A stretch of 64,000 bases of DNA from Candidatus Poribacteria bacterium (lineage in GTDB: Bacteria > Poribacteria > WGA-4E > WGA-3G). Position numbers and translations under genes: made by a program. Below are positions 20,728 to 31,821 of the stretch, in pieces (positions within the stretch are counted from its first letter, which is position 1; every line of letters begins with the position of its first letter). The DNA lies in assembly GCA_963663765.2 (NCBI GenBank), contig CAXXUA010000004.1:192001-256000 (forward strand). The letters are read 5' to 3'. The notes beneath the pieces are model-generated. The model was not told the DNA's origin. It ran no database searches and saw nothing but the letters and a program-made list of their open reading frames with translations.

Positions 20728-21240
20728 CTATTGCACACCTATTAGATGGCTTGGAATACGGCGCAGATCTGCATGTGGATCGCGCCGTAGAGATGGTGGT
20801 ATCGCTAATTCTGGCATTTTAAGCTCAGCAAATAGTTCCTGTTGTTCTGATGAGAGTTCGGCATGAATTTCTCTGAGTAGTTTTTCAATTTCCTTCAGAT
20901 ACGTATTGCGTTGGGCAAGGAATTTTCGAACTTTGATACGTATCTGATTGAGACTTCGTTGGCGTTGCGCTGTACTTAATCCACCGTCTGGACGATATAG
21001 CTGCCTATCATCTGCTACAAGTCGATAGTCGCGTATATCTTTCTCCATCTGGTGTTTCTCAAAGTCGTAATCATCCACAATATCGCGTATATACTGTATT
21101 TTTGGTTGGATAATCTGTGTCTGTGCATCTGTAAGTTGAAGTTCAGTGCTACTTTCCTGTATATCAATGAGTTTGGTAGGTCCACACCCTATAAAGATAG
21201 AAATAATGATGATGGGAATAGCAATTTGCTGAGAAACCAT
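20728..21240 (-). CDS. Hypothetical coiled-coil lipoprotein
   Basis: Hydrophobic signal ending FIGC; helical charged body. Confidence 0.6.
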   Translation of the reverse strand: MVSQQIAIPIIIISIFIGCGPTKLIDIQESSTELQLTDAQTQIIQPKIQYIRDIVDDYDFEKHQMEKDIRDYRLVADDRQLYRPDGGLSTAQRQRSLNQIRIKVRKFLAQRNTYLKEIEKLLREIHAELSSEQQELFAELKMPELAIPPSLRRDPHADLRRIPSHLIGVQ

Positions 21241-21255
21241 TTCTTAAGTCCTGCT

Positions 21256-22764
21256 TTAGTTTAGGGTATACAGTTCACCATATTTTGTGTGTAGATAGTC
21301 AATATACGGTTCAATAGTCATCGGTTTTCCTGTTGCGCGTTCAATGATTTCTGGTGCAGTAAATTTAGAACCGTGTTGATAAATATTGTTCTTCAACCAA
21401 GTATGTAATGTACTGAATTCACCTTTCTCAATGCTGTTAGGTATCTCAGGATGTGCTTCAAGAGCTTTCTCATAGAACTGTGCACCTAATATGTTTCCTA
21501 AAGTATATCCTTGAAAAGAACCCCCAATGAGTCCAAAATACCAATGTACATCCTGCATTACGCCATCTTTGTTGTCAGGAGGTGCAATACCAAAATCTGC
21601 TTCAAATCTATCACGCCATGCATTAGGCAGGTCCTTGATCTCCATTTCACCCTCTAAGAGTGCTAACTCAAAATCAAAACGCAACATAACATGCAGGTTA
21701 TATGTAACCTCGTCTGCTTCAGTGCGAATGAGCGATTTTTCAACCTTGTTTATTGCGCGGTGGAAAGTATCAAGTGCAACTGAACCGAGTTGTTCAGGAA
21801 ATGTATCTTGCAGATGTGGATAGAAACTTTTCCAGAAACCCTTACTACGTCCTACGATATTTTCCCAGAGACGCGATTGACTTTCATGAACACCCGCAGA
21901 CGTTCCTCGTGCAAGTGGTGTGCCTTCAAACTCCAATTTTATGCCTTGTTCGTAGAGAGCATGTCCAGTTTCGTGCATAGTACAGAACAAAGCTTCCCCA
22001 AGACTATCCTCTTTAGTACGGGTTGTAATCCGAACATCACCGAGTGAGAATTTTGTCATAAATGGATGATGTGTTTTGTCTTGTCGTCCACGCGTAAGGT
22101 CATAGCCAAACTGTTTAGCAACTTCCATTCCAAATTTCAGTTGTTTCTCTTCTGGATAATGCTTATGTAAACAGGTATCATCTGCGGGGGATTGCGATGT
22201 GATTGCAGAGGCGATGGGAACAAGTTCTTTGCGGAGTTCAGCAAAGATACGACTGACATCTGCTGCTTTCATACCGTAATCTCTCGGTTCAATAAGGGGG
22301 TCTGCAATGTGGTCGTATCCAGGGAAAAAATTTGCACATTCACGACTATATTCAAGTGTTTTTTCAAGATAGGGACGTACCCGTTCAAAGTCATTTGCGG
22401 GTCGTGCTTCTGTCCAAACCTGATATGATTCTGATGTGTGTGTTGAGACTTTTTGCATGAATGCTGCGGGGATTTTTATTGCACGCTCATACTTACGACG
22501 TGTGACTCGGATGAGACTTGCTTCATTGGAATCGTATTCCAAGCTTTTTTCGTAGGGTGTAAGGGCATCAAGTAGTTTTCCGATAGCGGGGTCTGTGAAT
22601 TTCTCATGTGCTATCCGATTCAGTGTGGCAGTTTGGCGTGCACGTGCTGCAGCACCTCCTGCAGGCATATAGGTAGATTGATCCCAGTGAAGTAAACCCG
22701 CAGCGGAGCTAATATCATTTACTACAAGTAGTCGTGCTTTTAGTTCTTTGAATTTAGATTGCAA
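21256..22764 (-). CDS. Carboxypeptidase M32 (Taq-like)
   Basis: HPF, DVRITTR, HETGHALYEQ, HESQSRLWEN, IRTEADE, QDVHW. Confidence 0.95.
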   Translation of the reverse strand: MQSKFKELKARLLVVNDISSAAGLLHWDQSTYMPAGGAAARARQTATLNRIAHEKFTDPAIGKLLDALTPYEKSLEYDSNEASLIRVTRRKYERAIKIPAAFMQKVSTHTSESYQVWTEARPANDFERVRPYLEKTLEYSRECANFFPGYDHIADPLIEPRDYGMKAADVSRIFAELRKELVPIASAITSQSPADDTCLHKHYPEEKQLKFGMEVAKQFGYDLTRGRQDKTHHPFMTKFSLGDVRITTRTKEDSLGEALFCTMHETGHALYEQGIKLEFEGTPLARGTSAGVHESQSRLWENIVGRSKGFWKSFYPHLQDTFPEQLGSVALDTFHRAINKVEKSLIRTEADEVTYNLHVMLRFDFELALLEGEMEIKDLPNAWRDRFEADFGIAPPDNKDGVMQDVHWYFGLIGGSFQGYTLGNILGAQFYEKALEAHPEIPNSIEKGEFSTLHTWLKNNIYQHGSKFTAPEIIERATGKPMTIEPYIDYLHTKYGELYTLN

Positions 22765-23337
22765 TTATTTTCACCTTCAATTCAAGGATATGTATTTTGT
22801 TTCTTATTACCAAATAGTTTAGCATATTTTGATTACATATACAACCAATTTTGGAATTGAAGGGCATCCCGTTTTTTGGTCCTACTGCGTTTGTGAATCA
22901 AAGAGGCGGAAGATACCACCGTTCTCGTTGTTGGCTGTTTCTGTATGGTTATGTTCCGTATTATGGTCATGGTCGTCGTGTTCAGTATGGACTGATTTTA
23001 TGCTACTGTCATATTTGATGTAGGGTAGGTTGACAGTTTTACCGCTATTGAGGCTTGCAGTGACTATGGCAGGATCATGATGGAAGTCTATCTCAACGAA
23101 GGTTAGTTAATAGGTGTGTTTTTATGTACTGTAGCCAGGTGGTAGTGTGCACTACCTACAGATGTCCGCGGCACAAGCGGCACCATATAAAGTGGATGTT
23201 CGGGGTGTTCGTTAATGTGTGTATGTTGCGATATAGTGTGAAATATATCTTCTTCACTCAGTAGCAAATGCATTACGCGGAGTGTTTTGAGGAATTCAAG
23301 TGCTTCATGTTCAGATGTGGCAGCAGCAACGTGTTGC

Positions 23338-23658
23338 TCATACAGGTCTATCTAATTCCAGCATGCGCGCAAGGTACTTGTCCTTTGGATAAACTTCACC
23401 TGCTTTGCCTATTGCCTGCTTGAATCTTTCAGTACCGTCATACTTAGCAATCAATTTATCATCCCACTTGTCTATCATTTCTGCAACGGTGTAGGGTTGG
23501 TAAACCTTTTTGATATGTGCAAGGTCAAGTTGCTCCCAATGCCTTACCCATAGGGATTTATCCACACTGCGAATTTTAGGATTGCTACGACCAAAAAAGG
23601 ATGCCAGCACAGCAATAACAGAAAAACTAACGATAATCAGGATTATCTGTTTTTTCAT
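23338..23658 (-). pseudogene. Truncated divergent paralog of the cassette membrane-anchored family
   Basis: N-terminal TM; PYTVAEMIDKWD...EVYPKDKYLARMLEL aligns with PQTVEAIMAEYD...ETYPRADFLQRVLDK; TAATG-coupled to the upstream paralog. Confidence 0.6.
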
Positions 23659-25248
23659 TACGGTGCTACAGATGCAGGCGGTGCAGCTTCTGGTTTTGGT
23701 GGTGCAGGTGTCTCAGGTCTTTTCGGGACTTTAGGTGGCGGTTGCTTCCCTGTGCCGAAGTAACTTTCTAACATGTCTGCAAGTACTTCGTTGTCATGCC
23801 GTATCCTCTGTATCCCTTTTTCAAACCCGTGTTGAAACAGTGTACCTAAGGCTCTTTCAAGTCGCTCAGGGGTGATTAGTTCTAACTTTTCGACGGGATG
23901 TGCGGGTAGAAACTGTTTTCGGAATTGTCTTTCAAGGGATTTTTCAATTTCCGCATCCGACATCGTTGAGAATTCTTCTATTTGTCGCATGCGGTTCTCA
24001 AACTTCTCGTATTCAGCTTTTGCGGCGGCTTGGACTGCCAGCGCTGCTTTACGTGCTGCCTCACGGCGCGCTGCGTCTGGGTCATGTGTGGTCTCTTGCG
24101 TTTCGCGGGTTTGCCTTGCCTCATATTCTTCAAGCCAATCGATAGATGCCGGATGGCCGATTACCGATTCATAGTTATCAGGGGTTAACTTGACACCATC
24201 AACTTCAACATGGTGATGTGTGGGAACTCGCGTAGATTATTTAGCAAGTGGCGGAGGCACCGGAAGGACATTATAATCGTCATCAATGTAGATGATCTCA
24301 ATATCCTCTGGTTCAATACCTTTGAACCAAAGATCATTTGTCTGTTTTTGAGACAAACTACTACCAAAACCATACATGCTTTCGCGATTTTCTCCGAAAC
24401 GAACGTACCGCATCTTATCGATCACCGGTAGATATTTGTCCGGTTTCTGGATTCTCTTCGGAAACCTGTTGAATGATACTATTCTCCCATACCTTCCTAT
24501 CAAGAAATCCCTCTTCGTATTCTGCAAAATCTGTAGTGATCGGGATCCCATGGTTGCCGGAATGCCAGTCTTCTGGTCTGTCCTTTCTATAGAGCAATTC
24601 CCCGCGCAATTTCATATAATACTCGTAATCTGAAACCTTTTTAACTACCGCGCCTTTATCAAGGAGACGTTGGAGAAACACCGCACGCGGATATATTTCT
24701 TCCATCTCTGCGGCGCGGGGAAAACTATTATCATACCTATCGTCAAATTCTGTCATGATCGCCTCTGTGGTTTGAGGTCCCTCATAATACACTGGTTTAT
24801 CAAGGTGAGGCATTTCGGTTACAGGTGTAGGGATAGGGTATTTTTTCTTCTCGTAACGCTTTGCCTGATCCAATAAATAACTATAATCTCCTGGACGCTG
24901 CAAATCTATTTCCTTGGAGGTAGACAAAAAACCATTTTCTACTGACCAACCAAGGCGTATCTCTGTAAGGGCTTTTGCCCATTCCTTCCAGCTGGAGGGT
25001 GTCTGTGCTGCGTAAGCAGCGCGTTTTTCGGGGTCCGCAAGTGGGTGCAGCAACGTGCGATCTTCACCTGGCTTTGCCTTTGTCGCAATACGCGTGGGAT
25101 GCATGGGCAATGTCCGTTGTTTGGAAACCACATCTGGTGGAGACGCTACCTGATCACCCGAATGATCCTCACGGTGCATGAGTAATGCCCCTAAAGCACC
25201 TATACCTAATAAAATAGAAACAATAAAAATAGTCTTTTTGAGTGTCAT
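23658..25248 (-). pseudogene. Cassette membrane-anchored paralog P1 (disrupted)
   Basis: Near-identical to P3; 32-bp deletion at ~24444 and AAA>TAA at 24237-24239; conserved C-terminal domain 23658-23990 intact. Confidence 0.85.
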
Positions 25249-25329
25249 CTGTCTTGTCCCTTTCATTTGTAAAGATTCTCGACAATGCAAAGTACACCAC
25301 CGGGAAAGTATTAACAGCAAGATCAATCA

Positions 25330-25679
25330 CTACGGAAAGTAATAGTAACTGCCAGATGTAGACGAGGAAGGATTACTAGGATGGTAATCGTACGAGACAG
25401 AATTATTACTAAAGGTGTCTTCAAAATAGAAATTTATCTCTGCATGACTATTTGCTGGATCATACCTGTCTTGAACGTTTGAGGTCATACCGTTAAGAGT
25501 GGTTGATCTTCACGGCCTTCTTAGTCTTCGTACAGCGAATTTGTGTATTAACTCTTATGACTTTCGTCACCGGAACATTCACATATCCCATTGGTAACTG
25601 GCAAGATGACGAGCCCCGCCAGCGCAACAATAGACAAACATGTAGGAGTTAAAGTAATCGTCAAATTCTTAAAACGCAT
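25330..25679 (-). pseudogene. Disrupted secreted-protein gene (signal peptide plus C-terminal fragment)
   Basis: MRFKNLTITLTPTCLSIVALAGLVILP signal, internal stops, ending NVQDRYDPANSHAEINFYFEDTF...GSYYYFP* as at 29826-30014. Confidence 0.65.
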
Positions 25680-25754
25680 TTTCAATCTACTTTATAATCA
25701 AACTGTAAAGTATTTTCACAGTCTATTTTGATGCCGACAATAACAGGAGACATG

Positions 25755-26060
25755 CAGGGTTATTTAGTTTTAGGTTTTTTTGATGATTATTTGCTATAAC
25801 GTTAATTTATGTATTGCCATCTTGTCCAGTTCTTTAGTCCCGTAGGGACGATATGTTTATAGAAAAATGTTATCTACTCCTCTTGAGTTCCGTAGGAACG
25901 GCATATAAGAATAAACATATCGTCCCTACGGGACTAAAGAGCGATGTTCATGTTTCAATAATCTAAAACTGATGCAGAAAGTTCAGTTAGGAAACCGAAC
26001 CTGGGTATTAACTTTCAGTAAATCTCAATAACAGAAAACTCTTAAAACTAAATAACCCTG
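25755..26060. mobile_element. MITE family C copy inside the cassette array
   Basis: Perfect 17-bp TIR CAGGGTTATTTAGTTTT; no TSD visible. Confidence 0.85.
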
Positions 26061-26118
26061 CTAATAAAATTCCGCCTATACACTTTTTTTCTTTTTCAGG
26101 TGGTGCAGGTCTCTCAGG

Positions 26119-27687
26119 TCACTTTGGGACTTTAGGTGGCGGTTGCTTCCCTGTGCTGAAGTAACTTTCTAACATGTCTGCAAGTACTTCGTTGTCATGC
26201 CGTATCCTCTGTATCCCTTTTTCAAACCCGTGTTGAAAGAGTGTACCTAATGCCCTTTCAAGTCGCTCAGGGGTGATTAGTTCTAACTTTTCGACGGGAT
26301 GTTCGGGTAGAAACTGTTTTCGGAATTGTCTTTCAAGTGATTTCTCAATTTCCGCATCCGACATCGTTGAGAATTCTTCTATTTGCCGCATGCGGTTCTC
26401 AAACTTCTCATATTCCGTTTTGGCTGCGGCTTGTGCTGCCAGCGCTGCTTTACGTGCTGCCTCACGGCGCGCGGCATTTGGATCATGTGTGGTATCTTGC
26501 GTTTCGCGGGTTTGCCTTGCCTCATATTCTTCAAGCCATTCGATAGGTGCCGGATGGCCGACTACCGATTCATAGTTATTAGATGTAAGCGGTATACCTT
26601 TAAATTCTACAGCATGTTTCTGTGAACGTATGATTAGATCCCGTAGAGTAACAATCGGTGGGGGTTCTGAAAGCACATTGTAATCTTCGTCTATGTAGAC
26701 AATCTCTATACCATCCGGTTCAATCCCTTTTTGAAAGAGATTACTCTGTTGATTTTCTGTCAACGCTGTCCCAAATATGTCTAAACCACCATATTTATCC
26801 CGGTGAGCATACGTCATTTTCCCTATCACAGGGAGATACACATCAGGATGGCTAGCGGGAAAATAAACGTCAAAACTTTCACCTGGGTTCGCTTCAGAGA
26901 CTTGCCGTCTAACCTTATTTTCCCAGACCTTTCGCTGTAGAAAACCTTCTTCATATTCAGTGAAGTCTGTTGTAATCGGTATGCCGTAACTACCAGAACG
27001 CCAATCGTCAGGATGATCCCTCCGATACAAGAGCATTTGCCGCGTTACTTTTATCCAATATGCGTAATCGGTCCCGTTTTTGATCACCGCTCCTTTGTCA
27101 AGCACACGCTGCAGAAAATCCGCACGCGGATATGTTTCTTCTAACTCTTCAGCACGAGGGTCATAGTACGTTGGCGGCGCGTCATATTCCGCCATAATCG
27201 CCTCTACTGTCTGAGGTCCCTCATAATGCTTCGATTCATCCAGATAGGGTAACTCAATAGCAGTAGCAGGCACTGGGTGATTTTTCTTTTTATAACGATG
27301 GGATTGCCACGTAAAATGTTGAAAGAAAATCTTACGTTTACTAACAAGCTCGTCGGGTGTTAAAATTAAACCTTCTTCTACATAAGAACCCAGACGTGTC
27401 TCTGTAAGTGCTTTTACCCATTCATCCCAACTTGTGATCGGTTGATTTTTATACGCTTCGCGCTTTTCGGGGTCCGCAAGCCTGTGCAGCAACGTGCGAT
27501 CCTCGCCTGGCTTTGCTTTTGACCCAACACGCGTGTTAGGATGATGAGGAAACCGATCTTCAGTACCTCCAGGCGCAGCCATTTCTGTATCCGCAGTTTT
27601 TTTACCATGGTGGAATAGGAAGATTCCTATAGTAGTACTAAGACCTAACACAATAAAAAAAATGAAAATAATCTTTTTAAGTGTCAT
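26119..27687 (-). CDS. Cassette membrane-anchored paralog P2 (only essentially full-length copy, 522 aa)
   Basis: N-terminal TM, variable region, YEGPQT core, KGIEPDGIEIVYIDEDYNVL, Ala-rich linker, conserved C-terminal domain; GAGGAG RBS. Confidence 0.85.
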   Translation of the reverse strand: MTLKKIIFIFFIVLGLSTTIGIFLFHHGKKTADTEMAAPGGTEDRFPHHPNTRVGSKAKPGEDRTLLHRLADPEKREAYKNQPITSWDEWVKALTETRLGSYVEEGLILTPDELVSKRKIFFQHFTWQSHRYKKKNHPVPATAIELPYLDESKHYEGPQTVEAIMAEYDAPPTYYDPRAEELEETYPRADFLQRVLDKGAVIKNGTDYAYWIKVTRQMLLYRRDHPDDWRSGSYGIPITTDFTEYEEGFLQRKVWENKVRRQVSEANPGESFDVYFPASHPDVYLPVIGKMTYAHRDKYGGLDIFGTALTENQQSNLFQKGIEPDGIEIVYIDEDYNVLSEPPPIVTLRDLIIRSQKHAVEFKGIPLTSNNYESVVGHPAPIEWLEEYEARQTRETQDTTHDPNAARREAARKAALAAQAAAKTEYEKFENRMRQIEEFSTMSDAEIEKSLERQFRKQFLPEHPVEKLELITPERLERALGTLFQHGFEKGIQRIRHDNEVLADMLESYFSTGKQPPPKVPK

Positions 27688-27760
27688 CCGTTTTTACTCC
27701 TCTAATGATTGAAAACCGGTGGAACAATACACACCACCGGGTAAATAGGTCTACAGAAAA

Positions 27761-28045
27761 TCAATCACCTCCAGAACCTCCGCCTGAATCATAATCAGCG
27801 GGTTTCCAAGATACAGAATTACAACCACTGTGCCCTGAAAATTGAAAATCTAATGATACTTTGTTTTCAAGTCCGTACGTGGATAAATCTTTATTCTGAG
27901 TCTTACTAGGACCTTCTACTACAATTCGTCTTTCAACTTTTGTTTCATCGTTTGCCGTATATTTGTTTCCATTTGTGTGCGTAAAGGTGTAATGACCACG
28001 CAATGTTACCTCCCCTTCATAGACACTAGCCTTCACTAATGTCAA
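27761..28045 (-). pseudogene. C-terminal fragment of a beta-rich secreted protein
   Basis: Thr/Ser-rich beta-like sequence ending DSGGGSGGD; no signal peptide or RBS; lies just upstream of P2. Confidence 0.55.
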
Positions 28046-28096
28046 ATTTATTTTAGAAAATTTACGAAATTTCTAAAGTTTTTCACTATTTTTGAA

Positions 28097-28125
28097 ATAA
28101 TAAACGCGAATTTTATTTTTGTCAA
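28097..28125 (-). promoter_or_regulatory. Sigma70-like promoter of a cassette
   Basis: TTGACA-N17-TATTAT on the minus strand, followed by CAAAAATAGTGAAAAAC, which recurs at ~34081-34099. Confidence 0.7.
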
Positions 28126-28152
28126 ATTAAATTCTAATAAATATCCGCCTAT

Positions 28153-29745
28153 TCACTTTTTTTCTTTTTTAGGTGGTGCAGGTCTCTTTGGGACTTTAGG
28201 TGGCGGTTGCTTCCTCGTGCCGAAGTAACTTTCTAACATGTCAGCGAGCACAGCGTTATCCTGCCGTATCCTCTGTATCCCCTTTTCAAACCCGTGCTGA
28301 AAGAGTGTCCCTAATGCCCTTTCAAGTCGCTCAGGGGTGATCAGTTCTAACTTTTCGACTGGATGTTCGGATAGAAACTGTTTTCGGAATTGTCTTTCAA
28401 GGGATTTTTCAATTTCCGCATCCGACATCGTTGAGAATTCTTCTATTTGCCGCATGCGGTTCTCAAACTTTTCGTATTCTGCTTTAGCGGCGGCTTGTGC
28501 TGCCAGAGCTGCTTCACGGGCTGCCTCACGGCGTGCTGCGTCTGTGTCATGTGTAGTCTCTTGCGTTTATCGGGTTTGCATTGCCTTATATTCTTCAAGC
28601 CATTCGATAGATGCCGGATGGCCGACTACCGATTCATAGTTTTCAGGGGTTAACTTGACACCATCAACTTCAACATGGTGATGTGTGGGAACTTGCGTAG
28701 ATTTTTTAGCAAGTGGCGGAGGCCCCGGAAGGACATTATAATCGTCATCAATGTAGATGATCTCGGTATCCTCTGGTTCAATACCTTTGAACCAGAGATC
28801 ACTTGTCTGTTTTTGAGACAAACTACTACCAAAACCATATATGCTTTCTCGATTTTCCCCGAAGCGAACGTACCGCATTTTTCCGATCACCGGTAGATAT
28901 TTGTCTGGAGTACTTCCAGCAAAGTAGACTGTCACACTTCTTTCTGGATTCTCTTCGGAAACCTGTTGAATGATACTATTTTCCCATACCTTCCTATCAA
29001 GAAAACCCTCTTCATATTCTGCAAAATCTGTAGTGATCGGGATCCATTGGTTGCCGGAATGCCAGTCTTCTGGTCTGTCCTTCCTATAGAGCAATTCCCC
29101 GCGCAATTTCATATAATACTTGTAATCCGATACCTTTTTGACCACCGCGCCTTTATCAAGGAGACGTTGGAGAAACACCGCACGCGGATATATTTCTTCC
29201 ATCTCTGCGGCGCGGGGAAAACTATTATCATACCTATCGTCAAATTCCGTCATGATCGCCTCTGTGGTTTGAGGTCCCTCATAATACTTCGTCTCATCAA
29301 GATATGGCAACTCAATAGCAGTGGTAGGTACCGGATGATTTTTCTTCTTATAACGCCTCGCTTGTGTCATCCAATGTTGAGAATAATGATTACGCCGCAA
29401 CGCAACTTCCTTAAGTGTTAAAATAAACCCATCTTCTACTCTGGAACCGAGGTCTATCTCTACCATTGCTTTTGCCCATTCATCCCAGCTGGAGGGTGTC
29501 TGTGCTGCGTAAGCAGCGCGTTTTTCGGGGTCCGCAAGCGGGTGCAGCAACGTGCGATCCTCACCTGGCTTTGCCTTTGTCGCAATACGTGTAGAGTGCA
29601 TGGGCAACGTCTGTTGTTCGGAAACCACATCTGGTGGAGACGCTACCTGATCACCCGAATGATCCTCACGGTGCATGAGTAATGCCCCTAAAGCACCTAT
29701 ACCTAATAAAATAGAAACAATAAAAATAGTCTTTTTGAGTGTCAT
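28153..29745 (-). pseudogene. Cassette membrane-anchored paralog P3 (in-frame stop)
   Basis: GAA>TAA at 28567-28569 separates the N-terminal part from the in-frame conserved C-terminal domain 28153-28455. Confidence 0.85.
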
Positions 29746-29825
29746 CTGTTTTGTCCTTTTCATTGTAAGGATTCCCGATAGTGCAAAGTACACCATCGGG
29801 AAAGTATTAACAGTAAGATCAATCA

Positions 29826-30014
29826 CTACGGAAAGTAATAGTAACTGCCAGATGTAGACGAGGAAGGATCCCTAGGATGGTAATCGTACGAGACAGAATT
29901 ATTACTAAAGGTGTCTTCAAAATAGAAATTTATCTCTGCATGACTATTTGCTGGATCATACCTGTCTTGAACGTTTGGGATCCTACCGTGTTGTTGCACA
30001 TGAGCTGCTCCCAA
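29826..30014 (-). pseudogene. C-terminal fragment of a secreted protein (duplicate of 25330-25480)
   Basis: Near-identical DNA to 25330-25480; no N-terminus. Confidence 0.6.
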
Positions 30015-30177
30015 ATTACTTATGCTCGCATATTGATCTTGAGAATCGCCCTTTACTCTCTTATAAAAACTTTCTCGCCTATCTTCCGAGAAATAGCACC
30101 TTTTAACCCCCTAACCCCCCTTATCAAGTGGGGAATACGTTCATCATGAATTATCTATTTTTTCATTACGGTGCTTC

Positions 30178-31749
30178 TTATGATTTTGGTGGTGCGGGTC
30201 TCTCTGGTCTTTTCGGGACTTTAGGTGGCGGTTGCTTCCCTGTGCCGAAGTAGCTTTCTAACATGTCTGCAAGCACTTCGTTATCTTGTCGTATCCTGCG
30301 GATCCTCTTTTCAAATCCGTGTTGAAACAGTGTACCTAATGCCCTTTCAAGTCGCTCAGGGGTGATCAGTTCTAACTTTTCGACGGCATGTTCGGGTAGA
30401 AACTGTTTTCGGAATTGTCTTTCAAGCGTCTTTTCAATTTCCGCATCCGACACCGTTGAGAATTCTTCTATTTGCCGCATGCGGTTCTCAAACTTCTCGT
30501 ATTCCGTTTTGGCTGTGGCTTGTGCTGCCTCGGCAGCAGCGCTGGCTGCCTCACGGCGTGCTGCTTACCGATCAACAGTTGGTTCTGTCTCAACGTATTC
30601 ATCATATTTTTGTCTTATCTTGTAAGACATCGGTTTACCAGTGATTTCTTCATAACGTTCCGGTGTAAGTATTGTACCATCCGGCGCGCGGAGCCCTTCA
30701 GGTACAATATCGTAAGAGTTCTCCTCTCTCCATTTATCCCGATCAAAAGGTTTAGGCTTTTCGGAAAGGACGTTATAATCCTCATCAATGAAGACTACTT
30801 CTATACCCTCTGGTTCAATGCCTTTGTAAAGGAGGTTACGCCTTTGTTCATCGGTTAACATTGTCCCCCATGTCACCATAGTACCACTCGGTTTTTGACG
30901 AACGTACGTCATTTTACCCAAAGCTGGCAGGAATTTATCAGGATGACTTGGTGGAAAAAAAACACTTACCACCGAAGCGTCTGGGTTCTCAGTTGAAACT
31001 TTTTTAATAGTCTCAAATTCCCATATCTTTCTATCAATGAATCCATCAACATATTCTTTGAAGTTTGTAGTTATAGGGATATTGAGTTCACCAGAGTGCC
31101 ATGCTGCTGGCGCGTCTTTGAATTGCATGAGTTGTTCTCGTAAATTGAGAATATCTGCATAGTCAACGTACTCATTAAATCTATAACCTTTATCTAAAAA
31201 CTTTTGGAGAAAAGCTTCTTTCGGAAAATGTTCAGTCAATTCGGTTGATTCGGGATGTTTTTCAAGATATTTAGCATCAAATTCCTCAATAAGTGCTTCA
31301 GGTATCTGTAACCCAGTATAAGATAGACCAATGATCAACGCCCGTGGAAAATCGTCAATAAGATTTTTTGGAGGCGGATATTTTTTTCTATATTCTGCCA
31401 ATTCCCCTGCGAATGTTTCCCAAAGTTCTTTGCGTACTATCTCCACGTCTGCAAGGGTCTTAATAAGGTCACCACCTTCAGTAATTGAGCCGAGATTATA
31501 TTCTGTCCATGCATAAATCCATTCATCCCAAGTTGAAATAACTGATTGTTCACGATAAGCATCCCGTTTATCAGCATCAGCGAGGGGATGTAAGACTTCC
31601 ATTTCTTTAGGAGACAAACTTTCTTGTTGATATACACCGTTAGAGGAATTAGTTTGATTGTTGGCGGTATCAGTGGAACGAAGTATAATGAAAACAGCAC
31701 CAAGGCTTAATACGATAGAAATTATAATATAAATATTTCTGTGTTTCAC
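30178..31749 (-). pseudogene. Cassette membrane-anchored paralog P4 (in-frame stop)
   Basis: GTG start with AGGAG RBS; divergent N-terminal region; in-frame TAA at 30565-30567 (EPTVDR*AARREAA) before the conserved domain. Confidence 0.8.
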
Positions 31750-31821
31750 GATATTTTCTCCTGTGTGTTTAGGCGGTGCAATCACACAGAAAGATATGGC
31801 AAAAGACACGAGTATTAGGTT

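Noticed and set aside
23872-30858. Repeated plus-strand ORFs (MISSNFSTG..., MPHAVLKLL...)
   Set aside because: Antisense shadows of the conserved C-terminal domain
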